DNA of 47,630 bases from Deltaproteobacteria bacterium (GCA_030591725.1 JAUVAN010000002.1:1-47630); one strand, 5' to 3'. Positions 16,788 through 26,276 are shown, counted from the first letter of the stretch. The notes: a model not told the origin generated them from the sequence alone. Numbers and translations are program-made.

Positions 16788-18401
16788 TCATAACATGCCC
16801 CCGTCTTTGGGATGAACCAGGGGATCACCCCGATCGAAGGCCTCCTTTCTCTTCTCTATCCAACCCTGATTGACCCTTATCCGATGCTTGAGGGATCTTC
16901 TCGGCGCGTTGCGCATGGCCGCGGAGATGGAACGGATCCTGGGCCGTCCGGCGTTGCCCGCCACGATGGTGGGAATTCCCGTCAACGGATCTGTGGAAAG
17001 AATAATCACCGTGTGAAAGTGGTTCTCCATGTCCTCTTCCCGCAGGCCGTGTATCACGAGGAGATCGCCTTCTTGCAGGGCATGAGAGTTCCTCGCGAGG
17101 GCCGAGGCGAATTCACCGCGTCGCCGAAACGGAACCCTGTCACCTCTGGGGAAGTCGTACCTTTCGAGGATCCCGCCGGGAACGGACGAGATCTCCAGGA
17201 CCGACGGGGTGTGGCGGCGGTTCAGTTTCATGAACGACAGATCCAGATATCCCGACGTTCTTCCCGGAGTCGCTCGTAATTTTCGAAACCAGTTGCCCGA
17301 CGATCGCTCCCAGGTATCGAAGATGAAATCGATGCATACCTGGGGAGGGATCGGATTCCCCCGCCGGTCGAAAACCCGGTACTCCTCCTCGCGATAGTTG
17401 AACTTGCGCTTGCGCCGGTAGTAGGCCTTGTGCCAGGCTATTCGCAGTTTTCCGTCCTCCTGATCGCCCTCAACCTCATCCACAGGCTCGTCGAACCCGG
17501 GTCTTTCCGCGACCATCATCTTCGCCGTCTCACGCAGGGCGCGAATCCAGTCCCAGAACACCCTGGCGCTGCGACGCGCGTTCGAGATATTTTTTTCGTC
17601 GCCGTCGATACACACAACGGATGTCCGGTTTTCACTGTTTTCGATGAGAGCCCTCGCCTCAAAACCGTTCGGATATACAAGGCGCACTATCGCTCGATCC
17701 CTCGAATGGGACAGGGGCATGATCCGCCGTGCTCCTGTATCCTCCTTCACTCGATCCAGATCCATGTGCCAAGATTGCGCCAGGTCGCCCTCGACTGCGC
17801 TGATGCGATCGTTGAGAAGAATTGTCGCGCGATTGCCTTCATCGTCAACGAAACCACCGTCCGGATTGGTGAGCTTCTTCACGATGCCGCTCCGATGTCG
17901 GTACACCGTTTTCTCGTCAAACAGGTCGGAGATCTTGAGCACCTTTACGAGCGCGGCGGCGACCCTCGGCCGGTCCTCGAAGAGGTAACCCCCGCTCAGG
18001 AGGACCTCCCTCAGGGTCCGCTTGTCGCCGGCCAGCTTTTTGACCAATTGCCTGACCGCTCGCTCGCTCCTGTATCCCCTGTCCAGATCGTTCGAAAGCG
18101 CGATGATCTCAGGATCCAGGGATCGGCTCGGCGCAACAAGATAGATCACCGGAACGATCTTGGTGTTCACGAGGATGTCGGGGAGGGAGTCATGGTACAG
18201 GTCGAGCCCGTGATCCCGCTCCATGGGAACAACATTCGACATCAACTGTGCGCAGGTAGCCTCAGCGGCGTTCACCGTGTCGGGCGGGATCTCTTCTCCT
18301 CGATCCGGGGGCGGCGGCGGACGATTTCCATCCCGCTCTGGGCCGCAGGCAGCAACCAAGGTCAAAACCAGGACGAACAGTGCGATGACATGGTGTTCCA
18401 C
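16788..18401 (-). CDS. Lipoprotein of unknown function (537 aa)
   Basis: A GTG start gives (M)EHHVIALFVLVLTLVAAC, a signal peptide plus Cys, followed by a Pro-rich linker. No firm domain was recognised. See the findings for a possible Cys/His papain-like arrangement. Confidence 0.55.
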   Translation of the reverse strand: MEHHVIALFVLVLTLVAACGPERDGNRPPPPPDRGEEIPPDTVNAAEATCAQLMSNVVPMERDHGLDLYHDSLPDILVNTKIVPVIYLVAPSRSLDPEIIALSNDLDRGYRSERAVRQLVKKLAGDKRTLREVLLSGGYLFEDRPRVAAALVKVLKISDLFDEKTVYRHRSGIVKKLTNPDGGFVDDEGNRATILLNDRISAVEGDLAQSWHMDLDRVKEDTGARRIMPLSHSRDRAIVRLVYPNGFEARALIENSENRTSVVCIDGDEKNISNARRSARVFWDWIRALRETAKMMVAERPGFDEPVDEVEGDQEDGKLRIAWHKAYYRRKRKFNYREEEYRVFDRRGNPIPPQVCIDFIFDTWERSSGNWFRKLRATPGRTSGYLDLSFMKLNRRHTPSVLEISSVPGGILERYDFPRGDRVPFRRRGEFASALARNSHALQEGDLLVIHGLREEDMENHFHTVIILSTDPLTGIPTIVAGNAGRPRIRSISAAMRNAPRRSLKHRIRVNQGWIEKRKEAFDRGDPLVHPKDGGML

Positions 18402-18422
18402 GGAAGAAGAGAGCCCGTTGTT

Positions 18423-20987
18423 CTAGAGAGTCTGGAAGATGAAGACAGTTTTTTTCTTCTTCTCATTCTCCTGCGCGGCATTCTGCGGCGGGGGCTCATC
18501 CGGGTCGCCCTTGATGAGGAGCGACTTCAGCATATTGAGCGGCACCGGACCCAGGTTCAGGGCTTTCTCGGCGGCCTTTGCACCGTCGTAATCGTCTTCG
18601 AACTTCTCTTTCAGGGCCTCCTCGACACTCCTCCAGCCGTCCAGCCCGATGAACGCCGCCGCGAGAAGAGTCGGGTTCAGCTTGATGGTCTGCACCCGGT
18701 TGACTGCCTCCCGATCCTCCATGAACGCGCGCTTCTTGAATAGCGAGGTGGCCTCCTTTTCTTTCATGCCGTCCGAGTGAAGCCCCACATCCGCGAGCAC
18801 GTCCACCGCTGCGATGATCTCCGCGTTCATGGCCACCATCTGATGCTTCCACGGATCGTCCCCCTCATCACCCGATGACAGGAGAATGGCCGCACCCAGG
18901 GCCCACCCCTCCACGTAGGCAAGATCCGAATATATGACTCTCATTGCCCTTCGCGTCTGGTTCTTGATCTGCGTCGCTCGCCCGTACACCTCATGCTTGC
19001 CTGGCGAACCGTAACGCGCCGCAGTGAACCGGATCCACGGCCTGGAGAGATCGGCGAAGGAAACGGTTTCCTTGTCGGTGGTCACGTAAAGCCGCGCGCC
19101 CTGCTCGGGTTGGAACACCGGAGCCGGGAAAAGAGAAAAGATACGACCCGAGGCCGACTGAGACCCCGGCATGGGGCCGACCGAGAGCCCCGCATGATCG
19201 GTTGAAACCAGTATCCCGAGATCAACCGCTCTTTTGGCAACGTCGCTCAGTTGCCCCTCCAGGCTGCGGGTGATGCGGGTGGACGGCTTGGGCCTGGCGA
19301 TGACTCCCATCACGTAACCCACGACCTTGTTGATGGTCGCGTCGTTCGCATCCGCAGTCGTTATTCCGGGCTCCTTCTCTTCGGCCTTCTCTTCGGCCTT
19401 CTCTTCGGCCTTCTCTTCGGCCTTCTCTTCGGCCTTCTCTTCGGCCTTCTCTTTATCTTTCTTGTCAGTCTTCTTGGCGGCCTTCTTGTCAGCTTTTTTG
19501 GCATCCTTCTCGTCGGCGACGCTCTTCGCTCCTATTGTGGTGGGAACTCGGATCTCGCCCATGGAGTACGGATTTGAGATGCCTCCTTCTTTCTTCTTTT
19601 CCTTCTTCTTCGGCTTGGGATCGGCGTATGGATTTTTTGGTTTGTCCTTGTCCTTCTCATCCTTGTCCGCCTTCTCTTCTTCCTTCTCCTTTGCCTTGGC
19701 CTTCTTCTCGGCTTCCCTGTCAGCCTTCTCTTCCGCCTTACGATCTCTTTCCTCCTGCGCCTTTGCCTTGCGCTCCTGCGCCTTTGCCTTGCGCTCCTCC
19801 GCCTTGCGCTCCCTCTCGGCTTCCCTGTCAGCCTTCTCCTCCGCCTTACGATCTCTTTCCTCCTGCGCCTTTGCCTTGCGCTCCTCCGCCTTTGCCTTGC
19901 GCTCCTCCGCCTTGCGCTCCTTCTGCGCTTCCCTCGCCGCCTTCTCGTCCGCCTTGCGCTCCTTTACCTCCACTGCCTTTACAGCCGCAGCGATGGAGGC
20001 CCTGGAAGGACCGCATGTCCTGGTGTCCGTCTCGTTGTCCTCGCAGTAGATGGGTTTTGCCAGGGTGTACATCTCTCTTCGCAGCACATCGATTCGCTCG
20101 TCAGCGAGCTTCACGATCTCCGATGGAGTGATATCCTTGTGGAAGACCAGCTTGAAGATCCTGTTGTAGGAGTCGTCCCCCAGGCGCCAGGTTCGCTTGC
20201 CCCGCTTCCCGATGTCTTTTTCGAGAAATTTCTGGAATTTATCAAGGGAGTCGAGGACAGGCCCCTTCATCCCGGCATAGCTCGTGGAGAGCGCCTCGTC
20301 TCCGTTGATGTGAGCGGGCACCTCCTTATCGATGAGCTCGATGATCCAGGCGTTCATCCTGGCGGCGGGCTCGTTGTATGCGTCAGAGCTCTTCTCGAGC
20401 AACCGGATCGCGCGATCTACATAAGATGGAATCCAGTTCATGCGACCGAGGATATCCGCAACCCTTTCTTTTTCCGGCGCGTACTCGAGCACGAGTGGAT
20501 AGTAAATGGCATCCGCCAGCGCCGACACGTGCACCAGAGGATTGGACGTGTGCACCTTCCGGGTTCTGAGTCGATCCAGCTCCAGCTTGATGGTGCTAAC
20601 CAACACCCTGCGATCGGCGCGATCGTTTGCGCTGAGTAACTTCACCGGAACCTTCTTGTCCAGGCGCTCCAGATAGCCCGAAAGGGCATCGACGCGAGCG
20701 TCGACCAGATCTTCCGAGAAATTGGGCAGCTCCCTGTCCAGCCTGATGGTCCCGCCGCTGGGCAATTCGTAGATGTGCATGCCCATCTGGGTGGCAAGGT
20801 GAGGATACGCGTACATGGCCTCCTGGACGAAATCGAAGATCGTCGCGTGAAGCCGTTGGGATGTCGCTGTCGACTGCGGGATCTTGCTCTTCTTCTTGCC
20901 CATGGGTTGCACCGTGTAGCACGACGCAGCGATCATCGATGTCGCCAGCACCACGGCGACTGACTTAATGAAGGGGCGAACTTTCAT
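18423..20987 (-). CDS. DUF885-like lipoprotein with large internal Lys/Glu/Ala-rich repeat insertion
   Basis: ATG 20987 is preceded by GAGGTGG. MKVRPFIKSVAVVLATSMIAASC is a signal peptide plus Cys. The N-terminal half, plus the C-terminal YVEGWALGAA and VDVLADVGLHSDGMKEKEATSLF...NRVQTIKLNP, resemble DUF885 (EGWA.Y ... D.glH..gms.eEa). Roughly the middle quarter of the protein is KERKAEERKAKAQEE... and (AEEK)n. Confidence 0.6.
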   Translation of the reverse strand: MKVRPFIKSVAVVLATSMIAASCYTVQPMGKKKSKIPQSTATSQRLHATIFDFVQEAMYAYPHLATQMGMHIYELPSGGTIRLDRELPNFSEDLVDARVDALSGYLERLDKKVPVKLLSANDRADRRVLVSTIKLELDRLRTRKVHTSNPLVHVSALADAIYYPLVLEYAPEKERVADILGRMNWIPSYVDRAIRLLEKSSDAYNEPAARMNAWIIELIDKEVPAHINGDEALSTSYAGMKGPVLDSLDKFQKFLEKDIGKRGKRTWRLGDDSYNRIFKLVFHKDITPSEIVKLADERIDVLRREMYTLAKPIYCEDNETDTRTCGPSRASIAAAVKAVEVKERKADEKAAREAQKERKAEERKAKAEERKAKAQEERDRKAEEKADREAERERKAEERKAKAQERKAKAQEERDRKAEEKADREAEKKAKAKEKEEEKADKDEKDKDKPKNPYADPKPKKKEKKKEGGISNPYSMGEIRVPTTIGAKSVADEKDAKKADKKAAKKTDKKDKEKAEEKAEEKAEEKAEEKAEEKAEEKEPGITTADANDATINKVVGYVMGVIARPKPSTRITRSLEGQLSDVAKRAVDLGILVSTDHAGLSVGPMPGSQSASGRIFSLFPAPVFQPEQGARLYVTTDKETVSFADLSRPWIRFTAARYGSPGKHEVYGRATQIKNQTRRAMRVIYSDLAYVEGWALGAAILLSSGDEGDDPWKHQMVAMNAEIIAAVDVLADVGLHSDGMKEKEATSLFKKRAFMEDREAVNRVQTIKLNPTLLAAAFIGLDGWRSVEEALKEKFEDDYDGAKAAEKALNLGPVPLNMLKSLLIKGDPDEPPPQNAAQENEKKKKTVFIFQTL
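19373..19456 (-). repeat. 12-nt tandem repeat ccttctcttcgg x6 (+1 degenerate), encoding (AEEK)n
   Basis: Six perfect copies span 19373..19444, followed by the degenerate copy ccttctctttat. Confidence 0.9.
19710..19925 (-). repeat. Two tandem 108-nt units inside the charged insertion
   Basis: ggcttccctgtcagccttctc.tccgccttacgatctctttcctcctgcgcctttgccttgcgctcct... starts at both 19710 and 19818. It encodes KAQEERDRKAEEKADREAE... twice, 36 codons apart. Confidence 0.85.
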
Positions 20988-21122
20988 GGGAACCACCTCT
21001 GTTGTCTATAACGTGTTGACACATGATCGGTGAAACCCCTTGATCATTCAAGCCCGATAATTGCCAACCGCACATTGGCGTATAGTGCAACATATGGTAC
21101 GCTACGTTGAAAAGGAAATGAC

Positions 21123-21305
21123 ATGGGAAGAAAGAAGATTTCCACAACAATCTACATCACCGCCGATCAGGATCAACGGCTCAAGGAGTTGAGTCTGCGC
21201 ACCAAGGTGCCGGTCTCGGTCTACATACGGGAGGGCATCGACAGCGTCCTTGCTCACTACAAGTATGTATTGCCCGGTCAGCTTCCGCTGATCAAGGATC
21301 GCTGA
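21123..21305 (+). CDS. Ribbon-helix-helix (CopG-like) small protein
   Basis: 60 aa. KKISTTIYITADQDQRLKELSLRTKVPVSVYIREGIDSVL fits the beta-strand / helix / helix RHH pattern. Confidence 0.55.
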   Translation: MGRKKISTTIYITADQDQRLKELSLRTKVPVSVYIREGIDSVLAHYKYVLPGQLPLIKDR

Positions 21306-21313
21306 GCCGGCAA

Positions 21314-21958
21314 ATGACGAAGATCGCTCCATCTATTCTGTCGGCGGATTTCGGTTACCTTGACGCCGAGATAAAGGCTGTCGAGCAGGCCGGCGCCGAC
21401 TGGATTCACGTGGACGTGATGGACGGGCGGTTCGTCCCCAATATCACTCTGGGGCCGCCAATCGTGGCCGCCGCGCGAAAGGCCGCCGGTATTCCCCTCG
21501 ATGTTCACCTGATGATCGAATCCCCGGAAAATCACCTGGGCGCCTTTGCCAGGGCCGGGGCAGACATACTCACCGTTCACGTCGAGGCCTGCGTACACCT
21601 TCACAGGACTCTTCAGAAGATCCGTGATCTCGGATTGAAGGCCGGAGTGGCCTACAACCCGGCCACGCCGGTGAACGGACTCGAGACGATTCTCGATCTC
21701 ACCGACCTGGTGCTCATAATGTCCGTCAACCCCGGATTCGGGGGTCAGAAGTTCATTCCGGCGGTACTGAAAAAGATAGAGAAGGTCAGGAAACTCATCG
21801 ACGATGCCGGCCTCAATGTGGAAGTAGAGATCGACGGCGGGGTAATCCCGAGCAATAGCGCCGAAATTCGCGCGGCCGGCGCAAGCATCCTGGTGGCAGG
21901 TAGCGCGGTGTACGGCGCCGATGACTACCGTGTCGCAATCAAGAGCATTCGCCAATAG
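21314..21958 (+). CDS. rpe: Ribulose-phosphate 3-epimerase
   Basis: Contains IAPSILSADFGYLDAEIK, WIHVDVMDGRFVPNITLGP, DVHLM and MSVNPGFGGQKFI. Confidence 0.95.
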   Translation: MTKIAPSILSADFGYLDAEIKAVEQAGADWIHVDVMDGRFVPNITLGPPIVAAARKAAGIPLDVHLMIESPENHLGAFARAGADILTVHVEACVHLHRTLQKIRDLGLKAGVAYNPATPVNGLETILDLTDLVLIMSVNPGFGGQKFIPAVLKKIEKVRKLIDDAGLNVEVEIDGGVIPSNSAEIRAAGASILVAGSAVYGADDYRVAIKSIRQ

Positions 21959-22002
21959 CCCAAAACTGGATCTCACCACATGGGGAACGATAACGTTTCT
22001 AT

Positions 22003-23730
22003 GTGACGGATTTGCATACACACCGCCTGGCGCTCGCACACATCACCGCGATAGTCATCACCATGTCCGGTGCTGCTGCGATGATTGGTTGCGAATCCCT
22101 GCCCGTTGCCACTCTGGCCGCCATCGACGAGGTCAACCCGAGCATGCTGGAGCCGGGCGATATCCTTGAAATCGGCGGAAACGGTTTCGTGGAAGGCCCG
22201 GCCCGGATCTCGTTCGACGGTCAATTCGATCCGTACGGGATGGTGGGCGCCGTCCATCGAAAGATCGAACTGGACGGCACGGCTGTGAGCGACGTGCTGG
22301 TACAGATCCCCATTACCAATACGGTGATGTCCACCCTGGCCGTGGAGCCGGTGGAGTTCAGGGGAACGATCTCCATTCGCTTTCCATCGGCCCTGTCCAT
22401 GGGTGAAACCAGGATCCAGGCCGTCAGCGAAATCGTTTCCCTCGAACTGCGCCCGACGGGTGGTGGTGTCGAAGCGGCCGCGCGCAGAAACAGGGAAGCC
22501 GAGGTCATTCTCAACCTTGCGGGTATTTCGCTGGCCCACTCCGAGGCAGGAAACGAGCTCATCGTCCACTCGGTGATCGGCGAAGGCCTCGCCGACAGAC
22601 ATGGAATCGATCGTGGAGATCGTCTTCTGAGCGTCAACAACGTGGCCCTCGCCGCTCCATCCGACCTGGCCGGGCTGGATACGGAGGGTCTTCATACCTT
22701 CGAGTTCCTCACGGTCTCGGGCGAGATCCGGACCTTCAAGGCCAGGCTCTCGACGATAAACCCGCTGGAGGTGGACGAGTTTGCAGCGATCCTCCTCACC
22801 TCGTTGGTCCTCGGTTTCTTCCTGGCATTCGCGGGCAGCAGGCGTAACCGATTCCGTCCGGACGCCCTCCCGAAGACCGGGAACCCGCTGGTCACAGCTC
22901 TCGGGTTCTCTGCCGCATCGGTTCCAATGTTGCTTCTGCCCGCTGTGGTCATCTCTACCCGGGCGGATATGAGCGCCTCGCTCGCGCTCCTCGGAGCGGT
23001 GGTCGCCGGCCTGGCCATCGTGGCGCTCTACGGACGCGGCTCCGTTGTGTATCGCGGGCTGGGAGCCATTGCGCACCTGCTCCCGGTTCCCGTTGCCCTG
23101 GTGCTGGCCGGAACCTTCGGATCGAGTTTCGGCATGTGGAACCTGGTGGCCAGTCAGGAGTCGTCACTCTGGGGATGGCACGCATGGTCCAACCCGTTCG
23201 CCCTTGCCGCTTTCATTCTCGCCATCTCCCTGCTCTGGCCCGCACTGCCGGACCGGGAGAATCACACCGTCATTGCCGGAATATCATCGTGGTTCGCCGC
23301 CGTGGGCGGGGCCATGGTCATCACTGCGTGTGGCTTCGGAGGCTGGCTCATCCCGTCCATTTCCATGAACGAGCTGGTCCTGCACAGCACCATGACGTTA
23401 CTTGTCGGCGTGGCCGTCTTCGCCCTCAAAACATGGCTCGTTCTGCTGACGGCGAGGTGGTTCTGGACGGCCCGGGCAGGCGACAGGAGAGCGCGCGTAA
23501 GACAGGGACGCCAGACAATTATACGAGCCGCGCTCCTCATGGTGACGGGCGCCATGGCCATGGCCTGGAACTGGTACGGGTTACCCGAGGATCTCGTCGC
23601 CGCAGGTCGAGTGCTCGCCGCGGGTGTGTCGGTGGTGCTGGCAACAGCGTTCATGGCCAGACGTATCGTGGATCTGATCGGGCATCACCTTGGAGCCGAT
23701 GCAGTCCTCAAAAGTCGAACTTCTTCTTGA
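22003..23730 (+). CDS. Lipoprotein-type N-terminus, beta-rich domains, PDZ domain and polytopic C-terminal membrane domain
   Basis: A GTG start gives ...AIVITMSGAAAMIGC. GLADRHGIDRGDRLLSVNNVALAAPSDLAG is PDZ-like. From about residue 255 there are around 8 hydrophobic segments. The antisense track ORF 21973..23076 is Arg/His-rich shadow. Confidence 0.6.
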   Translation: MTDLHTHRLALAHITAIVITMSGAAAMIGCESLPVATLAAIDEVNPSMLEPGDILEIGGNGFVEGPARISFDGQFDPYGMVGAVHRKIELDGTAVSDVLVQIPITNTVMSTLAVEPVEFRGTISIRFPSALSMGETRIQAVSEIVSLELRPTGGGVEAAARRNREAEVILNLAGISLAHSEAGNELIVHSVIGEGLADRHGIDRGDRLLSVNNVALAAPSDLAGLDTEGLHTFEFLTVSGEIRTFKARLSTINPLEVDEFAAILLTSLVLGFFLAFAGSRRNRFRPDALPKTGNPLVTALGFSAASVPMLLLPAVVISTRADMSASLALLGAVVAGLAIVALYGRGSVVYRGLGAIAHLLPVPVALVLAGTFGSSFGMWNLVASQESSLWGWHAWSNPFALAAFILAISLLWPALPDRENHTVIAGISSWFAAVGGAMVITACGFGGWLIPSISMNELVLHSTMTLLVGVAVFALKTWLVLLTARWFWTARAGDRRARVRQGRQTIIRAALLMVTGAMAMAWNWYGLPEDLVAAGRVLAAGVSVVLATAFMARRIVDLIGHHLGADAVLKSRTSS

Positions 23731-24193
23731 TCTTTTCCAACACCTGAGACGGGACCAGCTCCTCCACGTCGCCACCGAGGCGAGCGACCTCCTTGACGTT
23801 CTGTGAGCTGACGAAGAAGCACTTGTCGGAGGTCATCATGAACATGGTCTCGATATTGGACGAGATCTTCCTGTTCATGTTTGCCATCTGGAGCTCATAC
23901 TCGAAGTCGGCGACCGCTCGAAGGCCCCTCAAGACCGCGCAGGCGTTTTTCGAGATGGCGTACTTGACGGTCAGTCCCTCGAACGCATCCACCGTCACAT
24001 TGGAAAAGTGAGATACAGATTGCTCGATCATGTCCATGCGTTCGTCCACGTCGAACAGGCTGGTCTTTCGACTGTTCTGGGCTATTGCCACTATCAGCTT
24101 GTCGAAGATGCGGGCGCCCCGCTCGATAATGTCCACGTGTCCGTTGGTCAGCGGATCGAAGGATCCGGGATAGACTGCAATTCGTTCTGTCAA
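23708..24193 (-). CDS. coaD: Phosphopantetheine adenylyltransferase
   Basis: Contains AVYPGSFDPLTNGHVDIIERG. The size is 161 aa. It sits directly downstream of rsmD, the conserved pairing. Confidence 0.95.
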   Translation of the reverse strand: MTERIAVYPGSFDPLTNGHVDIIERGARIFDKLIVAIAQNSRKTSLFDVDERMDMIEQSVSHFSNVTVDAFEGLTVKYAISKNACAVLRGLRAVADFEYELQMANMNRKISSNIETMFMMTSDKCFFVSSQNVKEVARLGGDVEELVPSQVLEKIKKKFDF

Positions 24194-24221
24194 TGTTCTT
24201 CCTTGTTCGATGAAAAGGCCT

Positions 24222-24779
24222 TCAGTCCGGCTCTGTCTGTCTCAAAAAGGTTATCACGGTGCTACCATAGCGTTTCGTTGTCGAAACTTGCAAGCTCTTC
24301 GGTTGATGAATGATCATGGATTTCGTGTGCTCGACGACGATGATCGAGAGGGGCGTCATCAGATCGTTTGCGGCCAGCTCCTCCACCGCCCGTTGCGCCA
24401 GATCGGAGGCGTACGGGGGATCCACGAAAACGATGTCGAAGCGCTCCTTCTCGCCGTCGAGACGCCGTAGCGCTCGAATCGCGTCGCCCGGGATGACGCG
24501 GGTGCTCTCCCGGTAACCCAGGGTTGCGATGTTCGCCTCGAGAACCTTGCGGATCATTCCGGATCTCTCCACGAATACCACCTCGGACGCGCCCCGGCTC
24601 ATAGACTCGAGCCCGAGGGCGCCCGATCCACCGAAAAGATCGAGCACCCGTGCGCCACGCACGCTCGCTCCGAGCGAGGAAAAAACCGCCTCCCTCACGC
24701 GGTCGGACGTGGGCCGGACCTCCTTTCCCGACGGCACAAGGAGTCTCGCGCCCTTTGATTCACCCGCGACAATCCGCAT
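24222..24779 (-). CDS. rsmD: 16S rRNA (guanine966-N2)-methyltransferase RsmD
   Basis: Contains MRIVAGESKGARLLVP..RPTSDRVREAVFS, LDLFGGSGALGLE and VDPPY. I prefer ATG 24779 to the track start 24824. Confidence 0.9.
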   Translation of the reverse strand: MRIVAGESKGARLLVPSGKEVRPTSDRVREAVFSSLGASVRGARVLDLFGGSGALGLESMSRGASEVVFVERSGMIRKVLEANIATLGYRESTRVIPGDAIRALRRLDGEKERFDIVFVDPPYASDLAQRAVEELAANDLMTPLSIIVVEHTKSMIIHQPKSLQVSTTKRYGSTVITFLRQTEPD

Positions 24780-24896
24780 TGCGCGCCCCTTTACGGAAAA
24801 TGCAGTTCCATACACATCAAACAACCTATTGATCCGCTCCGTAATCGCGTATCATGTTCACGTTTACATGTCGCAAGTAAAAGAACGGAGGAATCG

Positions 24897-26276
24897 ATGC
24901 CCCGTAACCTCATGGATATCAAGAAGGAAGCCGAGAGCAGGATAGCCGGAGGCCGGCTGGTTGACGGACTGAAGGTCTTTCGCCTGGTACTCGAGGGAGC
25001 CCCCCTCGACTTCAACCTGCGCATGGAGATCGCCGACATTCTGGCCGCCGCGAACAGGGACCAGCTCGCCGCGCAGATATATCAGGCGATAGCCGATCAC
25101 GATGTAAAGTCGGGCTCTCCTCTTCGAGGGCTCGTGGCGATAAAGCAGATCGAGACCATGGGATCGGAGGTCGGGCCGCTCCTCGATGCCCTCGTGAAAA
25201 AATATGCGGCGGGCTCTCCCTCGCTGGGACGTGGTGTCAAGCTGGCGCCGGTCGACTACAGCGTACCCGTGAGAGACGACCTTGATCTGGATTACGAGAT
25301 GGAGGACCGGGAGGTTGTGGAGGGCATCGCACAGATGGCCGCATTTACCGAAAACATAACCAACTATTCCAAGGTGGTTCCGCCGCTTGCCATCTTCTCG
25401 ACTCTCCAGCCCGAGGCGTTCAAGAGGTTGCTCAATCTGATGCGCCTCAAGCGTCACTCAAACGGTGACGTGGTCATCTCGCAGGGTGACGTTGGCGACG
25501 CGATCTATTTCGTGGCGAGGGGTGAGGTTCTGGTCGTCAAGAAGATCTCCAGGCCCGGCGAAGGCGATGTCGATATCCCGCTGGCCCGGCTGGGTCCCGG
25601 GTCTCTCTTTGGCGAGATGGCCCTTATCAGCTCGGATCCCCGTGGAGCGTCGGTGATCTGTGACGGCGCCGTCGATGTGCTTGAAATCAAGAACGTGGAG
25701 GTGAATGAGCTGGCACAGACCATCCCCAACGTGGCCGGCGCAATGGCTCGTTTTACCCGCGAACGCCTTGTTTCCAACCTGCTGGCCACCAACCCGCTGT
25801 TCAGTGGATTCGACGAGGCCTCCAGGAAACAGCTCCTCGCCCGCTTCACGGGACACGAGGTGCCCGCAGGAACGACATTCATCGAGCAGGGCAACGTGGG
25901 CACCGGGCTGTACGTGATCCTCCAGGGAAATGCGCAGGTGCTCAAGGACGACAGCGCCGGACCTGTCTCGGTGGCCGAACTGGGCCCGGGTGACATCGTC
26001 GGGGAGATCTCCCTCGTTCACGAGGAGCCGGCCACCGCCACGGTGCGAACTACCACACCTGCTACGCTTCTCTTCCTCGCGCGGGAACTCTTCTATCCAC
26101 TGGTGGAAGCTGTCCCGGATCTGCTGGCGCACTTCGCCCGTCTGGCGAAGGAGCGCATCGAGGATACGGAGTTCAAGCTCATGAAGAACCGGGTGCTCGA
26201 CGATGATTTCATCGAGAGTATCGAGGATATCACAGACATCGAGGAGATCTCGGACGACGACCTGGTATTGATCTGA
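24897..26276 (+). CDS. Protein with two cyclic-nucleotide-binding (CAP-effector type) domains and a helical N-terminal region
   Basis: Contains GDVGDAIYFVARGEVLV...LGPGSLFGEMALISSDPRGASV and GNVGTGLYVILQGNAQV...LGPGDIVGEISLVHEEPATATV. The RBS is GGAGG. Confidence 0.8.
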   Translation: MPRNLMDIKKEAESRIAGGRLVDGLKVFRLVLEGAPLDFNLRMEIADILAAANRDQLAAQIYQAIADHDVKSGSPLRGLVAIKQIETMGSEVGPLLDALVKKYAAGSPSLGRGVKLAPVDYSVPVRDDLDLDYEMEDREVVEGIAQMAAFTENITNYSKVVPPLAIFSTLQPEAFKRLLNLMRLKRHSNGDVVISQGDVGDAIYFVARGEVLVVKKISRPGEGDVDIPLARLGPGSLFGEMALISSDPRGASVICDGAVDVLEIKNVEVNELAQTIPNVAGAMARFTRERLVSNLLATNPLFSGFDEASRKQLLARFTGHEVPAGTTFIEQGNVGTGLYVILQGNAQVLKDDSAGPVSVAELGPGDIVGEISLVHEEPATATVRTTTPATLLFLARELFYPLVEAVPDLLAHFARLAKERIEDTEFKLMKNRVLDDDFIESIEDITDIEEISDDDLVLI

